From Macrostomum hystrix (lineage: Eukaryota > Animalia > Platyhelminthes): DNA of 64,000 nucleotides. The translations under genes and the position numbers were made by a program. The stretch spans positions 8,742,001 through 8,806,000 of the forward strand of contig CATNEN010000002.1 of assembly GCA_950097015.1 (NCBI GenBank). Direction: 5' to 3'. The notes beneath the pieces were generated by a model that was given only the letters and a program-made list of their open reading frames with translations, made no database searches and was not told the origin of the DNA. Within the stretch, counting starts at the first letter, position 1. Each line of letters begins with the position of its first letter. Shown one piece after another: positions 1 through 11,403 of the stretch.

Positions 1-1108
1 ATGCATTTTATTCCGATAGGTGATTCACGACGTTGGGCTGAGCCAGCTCAGTGAGCTTACCTGACATCTGCAGCATTCTGACAGAATTTTCTGTGAGCTT
101 CTGTTTCCAAAGTTGTTGGTTGCCTTTGTTACCCGCTAGAAAGAGGATTGGAGTATATAAAGGCGAATATTTCAGCAGTTTTTCTCTCTGTCCATCGCTC
201 GCTGATTGACATGTGAAGTATTAAAAAAGCATTTTGCTTTATTCTTGTTGCATAGCTAGCCATGGTCACACTAAATAGACTGAACGGTGTTTACTTAATT
301 TAAAATGTCGTCAGAGCAGTTTAATGGCTAATTGCCGTGGCTAATTGCCGTGGTTACTCAGTGGTATTAAAAACGATTGTCAACTTTTTGTAGATTAGTT
401 GCTTGAATTCGTCATACATGTAGCTCGGAGAATGTAGGCCCCGTGACTTGACTTGGTCCTGTGGGCAATGTATAGGTGACTTTGGAAACACTTTTTGTTT
501 AAACTGAGTGTTCTGTTTATGTTCACAGATTTCGCTAAATGAAAAAAATTCATGACAAAATACGGAGTTGTAGTGCAGAATAAAACCTCGAAACTATACC
601 CAAGAATTAAACTATGAGCACCAGAGCAACATGGAAATTATCATCGGAAAGCATTCTCTGCCTGCACTCAGAAGCTTCAAGCAAGGCACTTTAAAATGCA
701 GACGTTTTCAATTTTACGGCAGAGAAGACATTTTTGCAATTTGTTGATTGGCAACAATTCATTGATTTGATTGATTGAGGCTGCACCGCAGACAGACACC
801 ACAGCTGTTTTCTCTAAAGCTGTCTTGTTAACTATGGCTTTAGTGGCTGTAGAAAGAAAAAAATTGTTGTATCGAGTAGAAATTTTCAAAATGTACGTGA
901 AAATCCAGCAGATGGTTCCTAGACTTTAACTGCATCCAATACTTTTTCTCTTCTCTTCTCTTCTTGTAGATCAGAATTCCCGATCTGTCCAATAAATATG
1001 TGGGACAGCCAAGCTGTAAAGGTCTTGAAAACGGACGTTTGGTGGCGAACGTGTCTCTCCAGGTTCTATAAAGAGGGCTTTGTGATTGCACGAGCATTTG
1101 AACTAGAC

Positions 1109-1241
1109 GGTCTTGTCTGCAGCGCCAGAAAGTTGCTCAGGTACCGCTGCGTCTCGACTCTGCGACACTCTGAACGGCTGAAGTCACAGCTGGCTGAAGT
1201 CACAGCTGGCTGAAGTCGCCAGGCAGGTAAGAGCGATCTAG
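1109..1241 (-). pseudogene. Relic of the PAN-LamG gene family (start of exon 2)
   Basis: The minus strand reads ...CRRVETQRYLSNFLALQT, against WLRLETKQCLSDSLAFWT in the intact A genes. At DNA level gagacgcagcggtacctgagcaactttctggc aligns to gagacgaagcagtgcctgagcgactctctggc. Tandem 16-bp duplications (ggctgaagtcacagct) and an early stop disrupt it. Confidence 0.65.
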
Positions 1242-1270
1242 GCGAATTCAACAGTGCGAGGGCAACGCTT

Positions 1271-1640
1271 TATATAATAATTGCAGGAGGGCTGGGGGCG
1301 ACGGTACATCATTTGGTGACACTAGACCCGCAGCCAGCGAGGAGGCAATGCTTGCCCATTTCGCTGACTCCTGAGCACACACGAACATGGATACTGTACG
1401 CAGGCATATGCTCACACAGGTGTGCAGATTTACATCTGAACCAGCATTCTTATCGTCAGGCAGTGTACACTTTACTGTGCCTTGGAGGTTGGCCTTTAAG
1501 GCCGTAAATTCGACGACAAGCTCTTAGCCTTCTCTCCACGGCTGCGCCCTGAGGATAAATAATATGGCATGGCCGCGGAATCGAGCTCAGGGACCTTGGC
1601 GCGTGAGGCAAACGCGCTAACCGCTTGCCACCGACCCCCC
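1271..1640 (-). mobile_element. tRNA-derived SINE, full length, with 14-bp target-site duplication
   Basis: The minus-strand head has an A-box-like TGGCAAGCGG and a B-box-like GAGCTCGATTCC, and the element ends in an AT-rich tail. The identical direct repeat cgagggcaacgctt flanks it at 1257-1270 and 1641-1654. Homologous copies occur elsewhere in the window. Confidence 0.85.
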
Positions 1641-3242
1641 CGAGGGCAACGCTTACTTTCATTTCATTTCAGGTGCATCAATTTTATTTCAGCATTAAGC
1701 AACTTTTTTCCTGAGTTGGTACCATTCGATTAGTTTTCTATACTGTCTTATGATTTTTAACAGCTTTTTCCGTTACCTGTTGGTTGTCGGTTCCTTCGCA
1801 TTCAAGCATGGATTTGGTTTAAGAACAGCCTGGCAGGCTGCGCAAGGCTGGCCAAGGCTGGCCAATTAGCAGACGCCTCCTTACCTGTTTATAAATGAGT
1901 TTGCTGTGTAGTCTGGATGAAAGTCTAACATCTCGTCTATTTTATGGAGTTTAGCTACGAAAGCAGTAGAACAAGGCGTAGCGATAGTAAAGAACCAAAT
2001 CTTATCAAACTTTAATTCCATGTACTTTACATGAACGTATTTGTTCGCGTTTACCAGATTCAAATGGTTTTACACCTTCAAATGTCACCCAGAGTGCATC
2101 CGGATTCGACAATTTAAGCGCCTGCTGTCAGAGGCGAAGCCGCAGTACAACGCCTAAAGTCCAAAGCGCACAATGCCGAATCGTGTAGCGCGAGAGCACA
2201 CGGCAGCTCAGCCCCACCAAGTAAGCGCCGTCCATTGGTTAAACTGTCACGCAAACTAGACAAAACTAACTCTAGAATATACTTGTTCGCCCCACTAGCT
2301 GGGCTGAAAGGAACCCAGCGCAAGGGGACTCTTGTATGTTAAGATGCGTTTTGCAATAAAACACGTGAGAGACGGCTCACAAATTTACGTTGTAGCATTT
2401 TTTCTTGCATCATCTGTGCTATCAAATGGCTAGGCTGTCGGCTTGTAAAACCTCCGTAAGCCTAGCTGGGGCTACGACAGGCAATGGTCCATATTAGTAT
2501 TGACGTACGCTACTAACAGCTAGCCTCCATAACGGAGTGAGATTGAAAACTCATAAACTTTCTGCTTCCACCAAAAACTGTCATCGCAGGTGCGCCCGCC
2601 ACGATTGGCTTCGCACCGGCGGCCGTTGCTTCAGAAAATAATTCTACATGAGCCACAGCGGAATAAAATGCAGCGCAAATCTATGAACTAGTTGGCATTT
2701 TAATAATCGTATTCAGTTTATAAAAAGGTCTGAACTTGATTTGGGAGAAACTCATTCGTATTTAATTTGAATACACGCAGTAAACTACTACTACTAGTAC
2801 AATCCGATACACAAATTTTGAGTCGCCAAAGAGCTTTGGCCAGTAGTGCAACTAACAAATAAACTCAGGGAGCTGACTTGGTTCCAGAGTGAGGTTGACG
2901 AGGGCGTTTATTCCAGAAAAATTACAAAATAAAGTATACTATGACATCAGCAGCTAATTTTTTAGGTATTTCGTAGTCACATTTGTAAAACTTATGTTAC
3001 GTTTCTAACACAAAAAAACTGATTTCCTTAAATTAGAACTGTTCCTTTTCTAACCCAAACGTTTGGTTTGAAAAGTTGACTTGCTAAGAAGTTTAGAAGT
3101 AGATTCGTAGTACTAAGTGATGGTAAATTGATCCCACGATTTTTAATTTGGCAAACTTTCGGTATTCCTCTATTCAGAATTTACAAGGATAATACTTTAT
3201 CCTTGACGCTTACGAGTAAAAAAAGTCCGTGCAAGCTGTTCA

Positions 3243-4358
3243 TTATGAGACTGAGCGCACCAGCCCAAAGAAGCTGCTGATTTCAGTCCCCGTCATGGTG
3301 TCGTTCACAATGGCCACGGCCTGTACCGTGCCGTTCAGAATCCGCGAATCTCCGGGCCGAAATCCCATACGGAGGCAGTAGCAGTTCAGAACAGCAGATC
3401 CAGCATATGTATTTGCATGAGACACACTCGACACCGGCACGATTCCCGCCTTGGAGTAGAAGCTCGGGCTCTGCGGCAGCAATGATGTCACTCCAAGCTC
3501 GACGAAGTCGTTTGGGTCAAACGTGTGTGTTGCGGAGCCAGTTATGTATACCTCAGCAGAGTAGTTGAAACGAAAAAAGAGCAAGCCCCAACCGCTTGCG
3601 TGTCCATCCCAGAAACCTGCACCAATTGCCATTGTGTCGCATGTGTAGGTCTCAAATAGCGTGGCCTCTCTTGGTGTCACCCGCTTCAGTCTGATCAGCC
3701 AGGTGAGACCCTGCTTCAAGTTGGCGAACTCGACTCCTTCCAGCCACATCTTGGACGATACTCCGTTGAACTTGGCTCCCTCTCTGATGAACTCGACTGA
3801 CTCCGACTTCCACTGCTGCGTCTGGCCGCACACCAAGTTGCTCTTGCTGGCATGCGAGTCGTCACTCATCACCCAGGCTCCATGCAGCTTTGAGCCCACA
3901 ATGCTCATCAGCTTCCTGCTCAACTTCATGAATTTGACGGCTCTAGCATTGGCGAATGCAGCACAGCTGTGGAGTGTGTTGATCCCATTGCTGGCTAGTG
4001 CATCGATGAGGTGGCACATAGCAATGTATTGGAACAGGGCGCACTGGCGAGTGTCCGCGTCGAACTGGACAACCAACAGACCATCCGTTTTCTCCGCAGC
4101 GAGAGCACAATGGTGAACAGAGCTTAATGGGGCCGTCCAAAATGCCAGAGAGTCGCTCAGGCACTGCTTCGTCTCCAGTCTGAGCCAGTTTAAGCGACAC
4201 GTGCAGCTGGTTGAAGTCACCAGGCATGCAATAGCGATCAGGGTGAGGTCTGCAAGTTCGTTAAAATATTGCATATACATGCACCAGCTAAATATTAAAA
4301 TCGAAATATAAAATAAAATAGTTATATTTTGAGCATTTCACTTACTTGTTATCTGCAT
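3243..4358 (-). CDS. Secreted PAN/apple-like + LamG (ConA-like lectin fold) protein, subtype A, copy A1 (~339 aa)
   Basis: Exon 1 is 4358-4346 (ATGCAGATAACAA|gtaagt), followed by a phase-1 intron 4345-4250 (ttgcag|) and exon 2 at 4249-3243. The spliced N-terminus MQITNLTLIAIACLVTSTSC is signal-peptide-like. LamG-type motifs include GAWVMSDD, GAKFNGVSSKMWL and LNGTVQAVAIVNDTMTGTEISSFF. Domain names come from motif recognition, not an HMM run. Confidence 0.85.
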
Positions 4359-4941
4359 GCTACAGTTTGACTAAGTGAGAAAGATAATACGAAATTTATT
4401 CTTCACAAGCCGTCTACTGAGCATTGGCTTGCATATCACTATAGCTTTGCTGTTCTGTCGCGACAGGCAGTCATGCAGCAGAGCGGGTTTTAATCTAGAA
4501 ATATTTTTAGAATTAGAATAGAATAGAATAGCCAATCATTTGACGCAAAATTGCCAGAATCTTTTTTAGCAAACAGGCACTGGGAGTCCTGCTCGCTCAC
4601 TTAGCTTTATTGCTGCTCAGCACATCGGCCCTTGCGCATTGTTACTAGCACATTTAGCGTATGAAACACTAAAAGCTAGATATTAGGGTATTTTTAGCGA
4701 CACAGGGCTTCTTAAATTTTGTATCTGGAGGTAGTTTCGTCTGGTGTACAGGCTCCAGGCATGTTTTAGCTGATTATAGTCTTGTACTTGTACTTTTGCA
4801 GTCAGAAGTTTTCAATATTTTATCGGTCTTCAATACACTGCAGATGCGCTTTGGGAGGGCCCCATTTGTCCTCCGACATTGGGCAGGCGACTTTTGCTGC
4901 GTTGAGCAACTGCGCCCCTCTACTCAGTGGATTTTTCTCTA

Positions 4942-5177
4942 CTCAGCAGGAAGCTGATGAGCGCTGTGGGCTTGAAGCTCCGAGCAGCCTTTGTGATGAG
5001 TGACGACACGATAAAGAGGCCAGTAAGAGCAACTTGGTGTGATTTGAGTCGCAGACAGTCTAACTAACAAGCGATGTAGCAAGGTTCAATGGAGTGACAT
5101 CAAGGATGTGGCTAGAGGGATTTGAGTTCGCCAACTTGCAGCAACGGCCCGGTGCCCTTAGCGGCCTCATCAAATTC
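4942..5177 (+). pseudogene. Inverted relic of the PAN-LamG family
   Basis: The plus strand translates as LSRKLMSAVGLKLRAAFVMSDD / EASKSNLVC / ARFNGVTSRMWLEGFEFANLQQ, with frameshifts and deletions. It lies in the opposite orientation to all intact copies. Confidence 0.8.
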
Positions 5178-6384
5178 ACCATGACCGATAGTGAAGTTTT
5201 GATTTTTCTAGCAAGGCGACACTGATCTTCCTTTTGTGTGCTTGCCCGATTTGATTACGCTTCTGTACAGTTTGGCGGAGTGGGGATCATTATATTTTTC
5301 TGATAGAATTCATTACTTTATTTGATGCATTTTTAAGGCTCTGCCTGTCGGCTGCAGGGTGAAGGCAAGATTGGGCGCGCAAAAAGGGTAATTAAACATG
5401 GCTAAGCAGAAAATATGTGTACAACTGGCTGTCATCCACGAGCCAATCACAAGCAGTCCAGAGCCGTTTGCGAATTCCAGAAAAGTTTATAGAAGTCTCA
5501 GAAAGAGCTACCCATTGCGCGGCATCAAATTTGGACAGTCGGGTCTTACTAATTGCATGGTTAATGCAGCTACTACCGAGACCTGAGCCTCTCATCCTGA
5601 GAATTTGACAGCGCCAATCCGAAGTGACTTTAGTGGAGTCTTTCTGTATTATCTGCAATATCTGAGCAGCTCCTATACAAACGTTGAGTAAAAAACACTA
5701 GAGGGAGAAAATACATTCTAGAATAGACTGGTTTGCTCACTAACTGGGCTGAAAGGAATTCCCAGCACAAGTGTTCTTTTGTCTGTGAAGATGCGTTTTG
5801 CAATAAATTTTTCAGCCAAGTTTTAGCGTTTCGTCTTGTCACTAAGGCATCTTGCCTTTAGTGTGATCAAATGGCTAGGCTGTCGGCATGTAAAACAACC
5901 ATAAGCCTATGGCAACCTGGGCAACATGAGGCAATGGTCTATTAGCTCGTACGTACGCTACTGCACGCAGGTTTTCATAAATTAGTCTCATAAAATATTA
6001 ATAAGTTTTCTGTACCCGGAAAAAAACTGTCGTCGGAGACGCGCCATTGTTGGCTTCGCATTGGCTTCCATTGCAAGCTTCTGGAAATATTTCTCCATTA
6101 TAGCCACGGTGGAATCGACTGTCGCGCTTTTCATTTTTGGGCATTCTATAAGCTTGTGTGCATTTTTAACAATTCATGCTGAGTAGATACTGCCTTAGCT
6201 GACTGGAGCTGCATCGTATTTAAATTGATGCACTCACGTGCACTCACGCACTTCGAGTCGACAAGAGGGTTCCGGCCAGTCATGCCAGTGACCAAAGAAT
6301 TCTGCGAAGCGACTTTGCTTGTTCTCGAATGATTTTCGGGTGACAAGCGAGTTTATTCAAGTATAAACTATAGATAAATTACAA

Positions 6385-6613
6385 CAATTGCAGCAGGGCT
6401 GCAGGCAATGCCAATCAGCCCTGACTGTCGCATCTTCAGGCAGTGTAAACTTTCACTATTGTACCGATGCGAATGGACCTCAAAGGCGCAAATTGCACAA
6501 CAAGCCCACAAGCCCTCTATCTGCCCCAAATGCAAAGTGTGGCTTCGACGTGGAATCGAGCTCAGGGACCTTGGTGCGAGAGGCACACGCGTTAACCGCT
6601 GTGCCACTCACCC
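6385..6613 (-). mobile_element. tRNA-derived SINE copy, internally deleted
   Basis: Shares the head (gtggaatcgagctcagggaccttggtgcgagaggcacacgcgttaaccgctgtgcca on the plus strand), the body and the tail remnant tgcagcagggctg with the 1271-1640 element. Confidence 0.75.
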
Positions 6614-6867
6614 TAAAAACTTTAGATAAAGAGTACATGAATAAACAATAACCTCTGATTATTAAATTCAATGCTGCCACCATTGATACAAAATACAACT
6701 TTGCTGAAGAATTGAGAACTCGTTTTACTTTTCTAAGCAAGTAGTTCATTTTTTAAGTAACCCTATGGCCCAGGAGTTCAGTAAAGCTCCGTAGCTCGAG
6801 GCTGATTGTAAGTCAATGCAATGCAAATCAATTCTTTGCAAGAGATGCAAGCCGTCCATTTCTGGCG

Positions 6868-7953
6868 TCAGCGCACCAGCCCAAAGAAGCTGCTGATTTC
6901 AGCCCCCGTCATGGTGTCGTTCACAATGGCTACGGCCTGTACCGTGCCGTTCAGAATTCGCGAATCTCCGGGCCGAAATCCCATACGGAGGCAGTAGCAG
7001 TTCAGAACAGCAGATCCAGCATATGTGTCAGCATGAGACACACTCGACACCGGCACGATTCCCGCCTTGGAGTAGAAGCTCGGGCTCTGCGGCAGCAATG
7101 ATGTCACCCCAAGCTCGGCAAAGGCGTTCGGGTCATACGTGTTTGTTGCGGAGCCAGTTATGTATACCTCAGCAGAGTAGTTGAACCGGAAGAAGTATAA
7201 GCCCCAACCGCTTACGTGTCCATCCCAGAAACCTGCACCAATTGCCATTGTGTCGCATGTGTAGGTCTCAAATAGCGTGGCCTCTCTTGGTGTCACCCGC
7301 TTCAGTCTGATCAGCCAGGTGAGACCCTGCTTCAAGTTGGCGAACTCGACTCCTTCCAGCCACATCTTGGACGATACTCCGTTGAACTTGGCTCCCTCTC
7401 TGATGAACTCGACTGACTCCGACTTCCACTGCTGCGTCTGGCCGCACACCAAGTTGCTCTTGCTGGCATGCGAGTCGTCACTCATCACCCAGGCTCCACG
7501 CAGCTTTGAGCCCACACTGCTCATCAGCTTCCTGCTCAACTTCATGAATTTGACGGCTCTAGCATTGGCGAATGCAGCACAGCTGTGGAGTGTGTTGATC
7601 CCATTGCTGGCTAGTGCATCGATGAGGTGGCACATAGCAATGTATTGGAACAGGGCGCACTGGCGAGTGTCCGCGTCGAACTGGACAACCAACAGACCAT
7701 CCGTTTTCTCCGCAGCGAGAGCGCAGTGGTGAACAGAGCTTAATGGGGCCGTCCAAAATGCCAGAGAGTCGCTCAGGCACTGCTTCGTCTCCAGTCTGAG
7801 CCAGTTTAAGCGACACGTGCAGCTGGTTGAAGTCACCAGGCATGCAATAGCGATCAGGGCAAGGTCTGCAGCGTGTAATTTATTTAATCCAATCAGTTTC
7901 TCAATTTGCAATTATACTAAAAAAGCAGTAGTGTGCTCACTTGTGATTAACAT
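6868..7953 (-). CDS. Secreted PAN/apple-like + LamG protein, subtype A, copy A2 (~336 aa)
   Basis: Exon 1 is 7953-7941 (ATGTTAATCACAA|gtgagc), followed by a phase-1 intron 7940-7866 and exon 2 at 7865-6868 ending in TGA. The N-terminus is MLITNLALIAIACLVTSTSC, and exon 2 is about 97% identical to A1 by eye. Confidence 0.85.
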
Positions 7954-8475
7954 GATCCTTGCTTCGTTTTTTTAGCCTTTAGGCCTTCAGAAGGTATCCA
8001 GAAACGTTTCCCTGTTCTACAGATTTTTCTACTTTTTCTACAGATTGTTCTTCTTTTTACTCGTAATGGTTCGAAGGGTCGTCGCGTTTCCGTTTGCTAT
8101 TGTTTGTAACCTCTTGGCATGTTCTCCGATGCTGTGTATTTTCTGCAGTCTCTAATGAAGCCAGCTGCTACGTCTTTTTGCTATGCAACAATTTTTCCCG
8201 CAGCTTGACCGCCAATCAAGCGACCTGCCTAATCATGAAAGAAATTTCCCTGGGCCTTTACTTCACGCTTTTGTCTAGAATTTTTGAATCTTTCATTGTT
8301 AAGCTTAAAGGACTGATACTTTGATGGCCTGTCGTTAACATCACAGCTTTTTAGTTGTTAAGAAATTTGACAGTATTTAGCTTGAAACTTTTTGTCTAGT
8401 TCTGCAACTGTGTGGCTCGTAATAACACAGCAGCGACTTTGGCGCGCTGTTGAAAACAAAAGGCTGCCTTCAGCT

Positions 8476-8977
8476 GTTCAGTCATGGACTGGGGTGTTCA
8501 GTCATGGACTGGGGTGTTCGGTCATGGACTGGGGTGTTCAGTCATGGACTGGGGTGCTCAGTCATGGACTGGGGTGTTGAGTCATGGACTGGGGTGTACA
8601 GTCATGGACTGGGATGTTCAGTCATGGACTGGGGTGTTCGGTCATGGACTGGGGTGTTCAGTCATTGACTGGGGTGTTCAGTCATGGACTGGGGTATTCA
8701 GTCATGGACTGGGGTATTCAGTCATGGACTGGGGTATTCAGTCATGGACTGGGGTGTTCAGTCATGGACTGGGGTGTACAGTCATGGACTGGGGTGTTGA
8801 GTCATGGACTGGGGTGTACAGTCATGGACTGGGGTGTTCGGTCATGGACTGGGGTGTTCGGTCATGGACTGGGGTGTTCGGTCATGGACTGGGGTATTCA
8901 GTCATGGACTGGGGTGTTCGGTCATGGACTGGGGTGTTCAGTCATGGACTGGGGTGTTCAGTCATGGACTGGGTGTT
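8476..8977. repeat. 20-bp minisatellite (gttcagtcatggactggggt)n
   Basis: About 25 tandem units. The similar ~30-bp sequence aacaa.aggct...ttcagctgttcagtc flanks both sides. Confidence 0.95.
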
Positions 8978-10013
8978 GCCAACAAGAGGCTAGTTTCAGC
9001 TGTTCAGTCGCAGGCCGGCACAACGCAGCAGGCGGACCGGCGGACCGCAGCATGAGCAGTTCCCAATGGCATCTTTGGAACTGAAAACAGTTGAGAATCA
9101 CGTGTCTTGCTGCAGGACAGAAATTGCCTCTCCTGGGTTAAGATTCGAACTCTAGACCTAATTGGTTGTGAGTCAGAAGCTAAAACTTGCACCGGGCTTC
9201 AATTTCTGCTAAATTTTACTAAATTTTACTAAAGTTTACCAAAAGGTGGAGTAATAGGTAATTCTAGCAAGCGGATGCCAGGCAAATGGATTTATGAAAT
9301 TTAATAGAATCTGTTGTTTCCCCATTTGTGTGTAGTTCGACATCGCTGTGGAAATTTGAGCATTTGGTGTGTTTTCTGCCTTCTGTCTTCGCAAATGCCT
9401 TCACTATTTTTTTATTTTACTTTATTCCCAGGGGCAACATGCTGAGCCATCTCAGCTGAAACTGCAAGCCTGTTCCTTTTTAAGGCTGCCATTGTGGAAA
9501 TCAAGCAGATAGGGCGCGCAGCCCTGAGAAATGAACAGCCGTCACTCTGAAACTACGCTACAGTCAATTGAGTTGATGTGAGAAACGACATGTGGCAAAA
9601 GTATGAAAAAACGTCAGGTAAAAATAAGAAGCAAAGCAGTTGAAATTTTCTCTCATTAAGACATCTAAAGACATTAACTAAAAAATTCGCATATCAGTGA
9701 GGTACCACAAACAGCTGCTGCCATTACCTCATTGCTTTGGTCTTTTGACGGAAATGATTTCCATAGCAACGACGCAGCGAATCTTTAATAGGTTGGACAT
9801 GCAGGCTTGGAACACTGACGGAGAGTGACCTTCGTGCCAGGCAAGCCAGCTTGGAGTTCCTCTGCCGTTTGACATCATTTTTGGATACTGACATACTGTG
9901 ATCCGAGTTGGCGTATAGGTCAAGGACTTTTTAATTACAAGCTAGTAATACTTTAGTAACCTTAGTAGTACATGTTAGTAGTAAAGTAGTATACCTTAAA
10001 AGTCCATAAAACA

Positions 10014-10353
10014 TTGCTGGAAGGCTGCGGGCAATGACGCATCACTTGGTGACACTAGACCTGCAGCCAGCCAGGAGGCAATTCTGCCCATTTCGCTGAC
10101 TCCTGAGCACACACGCACACAGATACTGTACGCTCACACAGGTGTGTACATCTGCCCTGACTTTCTCATCGTCAGGCAGTGTACATTTCACTGCGCCTAC
10201 GAGTTTCCCCCTTCAGGGCGCAAATTGCACGACAATCCCCCAAGCCTTCTCCCCGCGGCTGCGCCCCAAATAAATGTGGCCTCGCCGTGGAATCGAGCTC
10301 AGAGACCGTGGTGCCAGGGGCAAACGCGTTAGAACCGCTCTGCCACTCAGCCT
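10014..10353 (-). mobile_element. tRNA-derived SINE copy
   Basis: Colinear with 1271-1640 from tail to tRNA-like head (tggcagagcgg ... gagctcgattcc on the minus strand). No clear TSD was seen. Confidence 0.85.
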
Positions 10354-10523
10354 CTTAGTAGTCCTTGGCATAGGTGAGCCGAATTTTCATGCGAAATATT
10401 CGCATCATACTACTGCCTGGCAAGGCGTTTTAATCCGCTGACATTTCACTGTGATTAGTCTCATACCAAAGCTGACACTACTGGCCACCAAAGTACTTCG
10501 TTTAAAAAGTATATTTTTCTTAG

Positions 10524-10674
10524 CCGGATGGTCTCCGTGAAAATCTGAGTGGCGTCACCTTGCAGAGGTCACAGTTGACGCCGACTTCCACGAAGATGCT
10601 CGAGTCGAAGGTGTTCGTAGACTAGGCTGTCCGAAACTCAGCAGCAGTCGGTTCGAACCTAGGGAATTAAAAGC
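10524..10674 (-). pseudogene. Relic of subtype-B PAN-LamG exon 2
   Basis: tgacgccgacttccacgaagatgctcgagtcgaaggtgttcgtag...gcagtcggttcgaacc aligns to B1 tgacgccgacttccacgaaggcgctcgagttgaaagtgttcgtgg...gtagtcggtgcgaacc. It is internally deleted and frameshifted. Confidence 0.75.
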
Positions 10675-11269
10675 AACTAAAACTAGGAAATCTATCCCAA
10701 AATCCATCAAAATCCCAAGAGCACTGGTGTTACAGTTTATATACTTCGGCAGCGGTTTCATTCACGACACTGTTGCTGCTGTGAACTGACTCTGATGAGT
10801 CCACCTTATAGACGTCTGCTATAAGGCATTGAGCAGCAAAAGGGCTTGACACTGAAGCTGAGCATCACTGAGACCTGGGGGAAGCATCCCAGGAATTAAT
10901 AAATTAATAATTTATTACCATACTCCTGAGCGCACACGCGCACACATAGCTCGTACCCTACAGATGGCAGGTTCAGAAAACTCTGGCTGATAATCGACTT
11001 AGATTCTTGCTGCCCCACTAACGGGATGAAGGGATGGATGAAGGCGAGGCGAGTTACTCGTAATTCTTGGGCTCACATCTAATTATACCCCGTTGAGAAA
11101 CTCGCGTTTATAACCATTGTACACTTTTGGAGGGGTTTTTCCCAGCCACCAATGAATCCTGATTGTTGCACGCCTTTACTGTCTACGTCCCGAACCCCGC
11201 CAGCTCGTCTCGCTGTCTTACAGCCTTCCCCAAACTGAGTTCTCTTGCTGCCCTAAGTCAGGCGGTCTA

Positions 11270-11403
11270 CTTTTGGACCATAGACATTTCGGGCGTGCAC
11301 CAATCGACAAAATAATCGATTGCTGCACGCCCCGCGAGACCGCTGGCTATATCAGCTCCGTGAGACTGATTGTTGCACGCCCCAACTGTCTGTGGTCCAA
11401 AAG
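11270..11403. mobile_element. Short inverted-repeat element (MITE-like) flanked by TA
   Basis: Including the flanking TA, tacttttggaccatagacatttcgggcgtgcaccaatc pairs with gattgttgcacgccccaactgtctgtggtccaaaagta (38-bp arms, 4 mismatches). A second copy sits in the duplicated block near 24950-25085. Confidence 0.5.

Noticed and set aside
1570-1640. tRNA gene
   Set aside because: It is tRNA-like only as the head of a dispersed SINE. No complete cloverleaf was evident, and it is continuous with the SINE body and TSD.
3661-4116. Antisense and alternative-frame ORFs over the PAN-LamG genes (also 7277-7732, 14622-15347, 21119-21574, 25657-26349) and over the transposase
   Set aside because: They are shadows of the real coding strand and show no independent protein features.
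4250-4280. ORF-track N-termini MYMQYFNELAD / MQIEKLIGLNKLHAAD / MQGASAR
   Set aside because: They are intron-derived or internal starts. Splicing to the upstream 13- or 22-nt exon gives a proper ATG and signal peptide in all five copies.
8392-9084. MDWG/SWTG/HGLG repeat ORFs (also 22235-22747)
   Set aside because: These are translations of a 20-bp minisatellite, open in all three frames.
9105-9200. Second tRNA-like SINE head on the minus strand (gagttcgaatct; duplicate near 22770-22860)
   Set aside because: Only a B-box-like motif was seen, with no body, tail, TSD or independent copy in the window.
9729-9923. Possible further PAN-LamG relic
   Set aside because: Similarity to the FNG.SSK region was too weak to align convincingly by eye.
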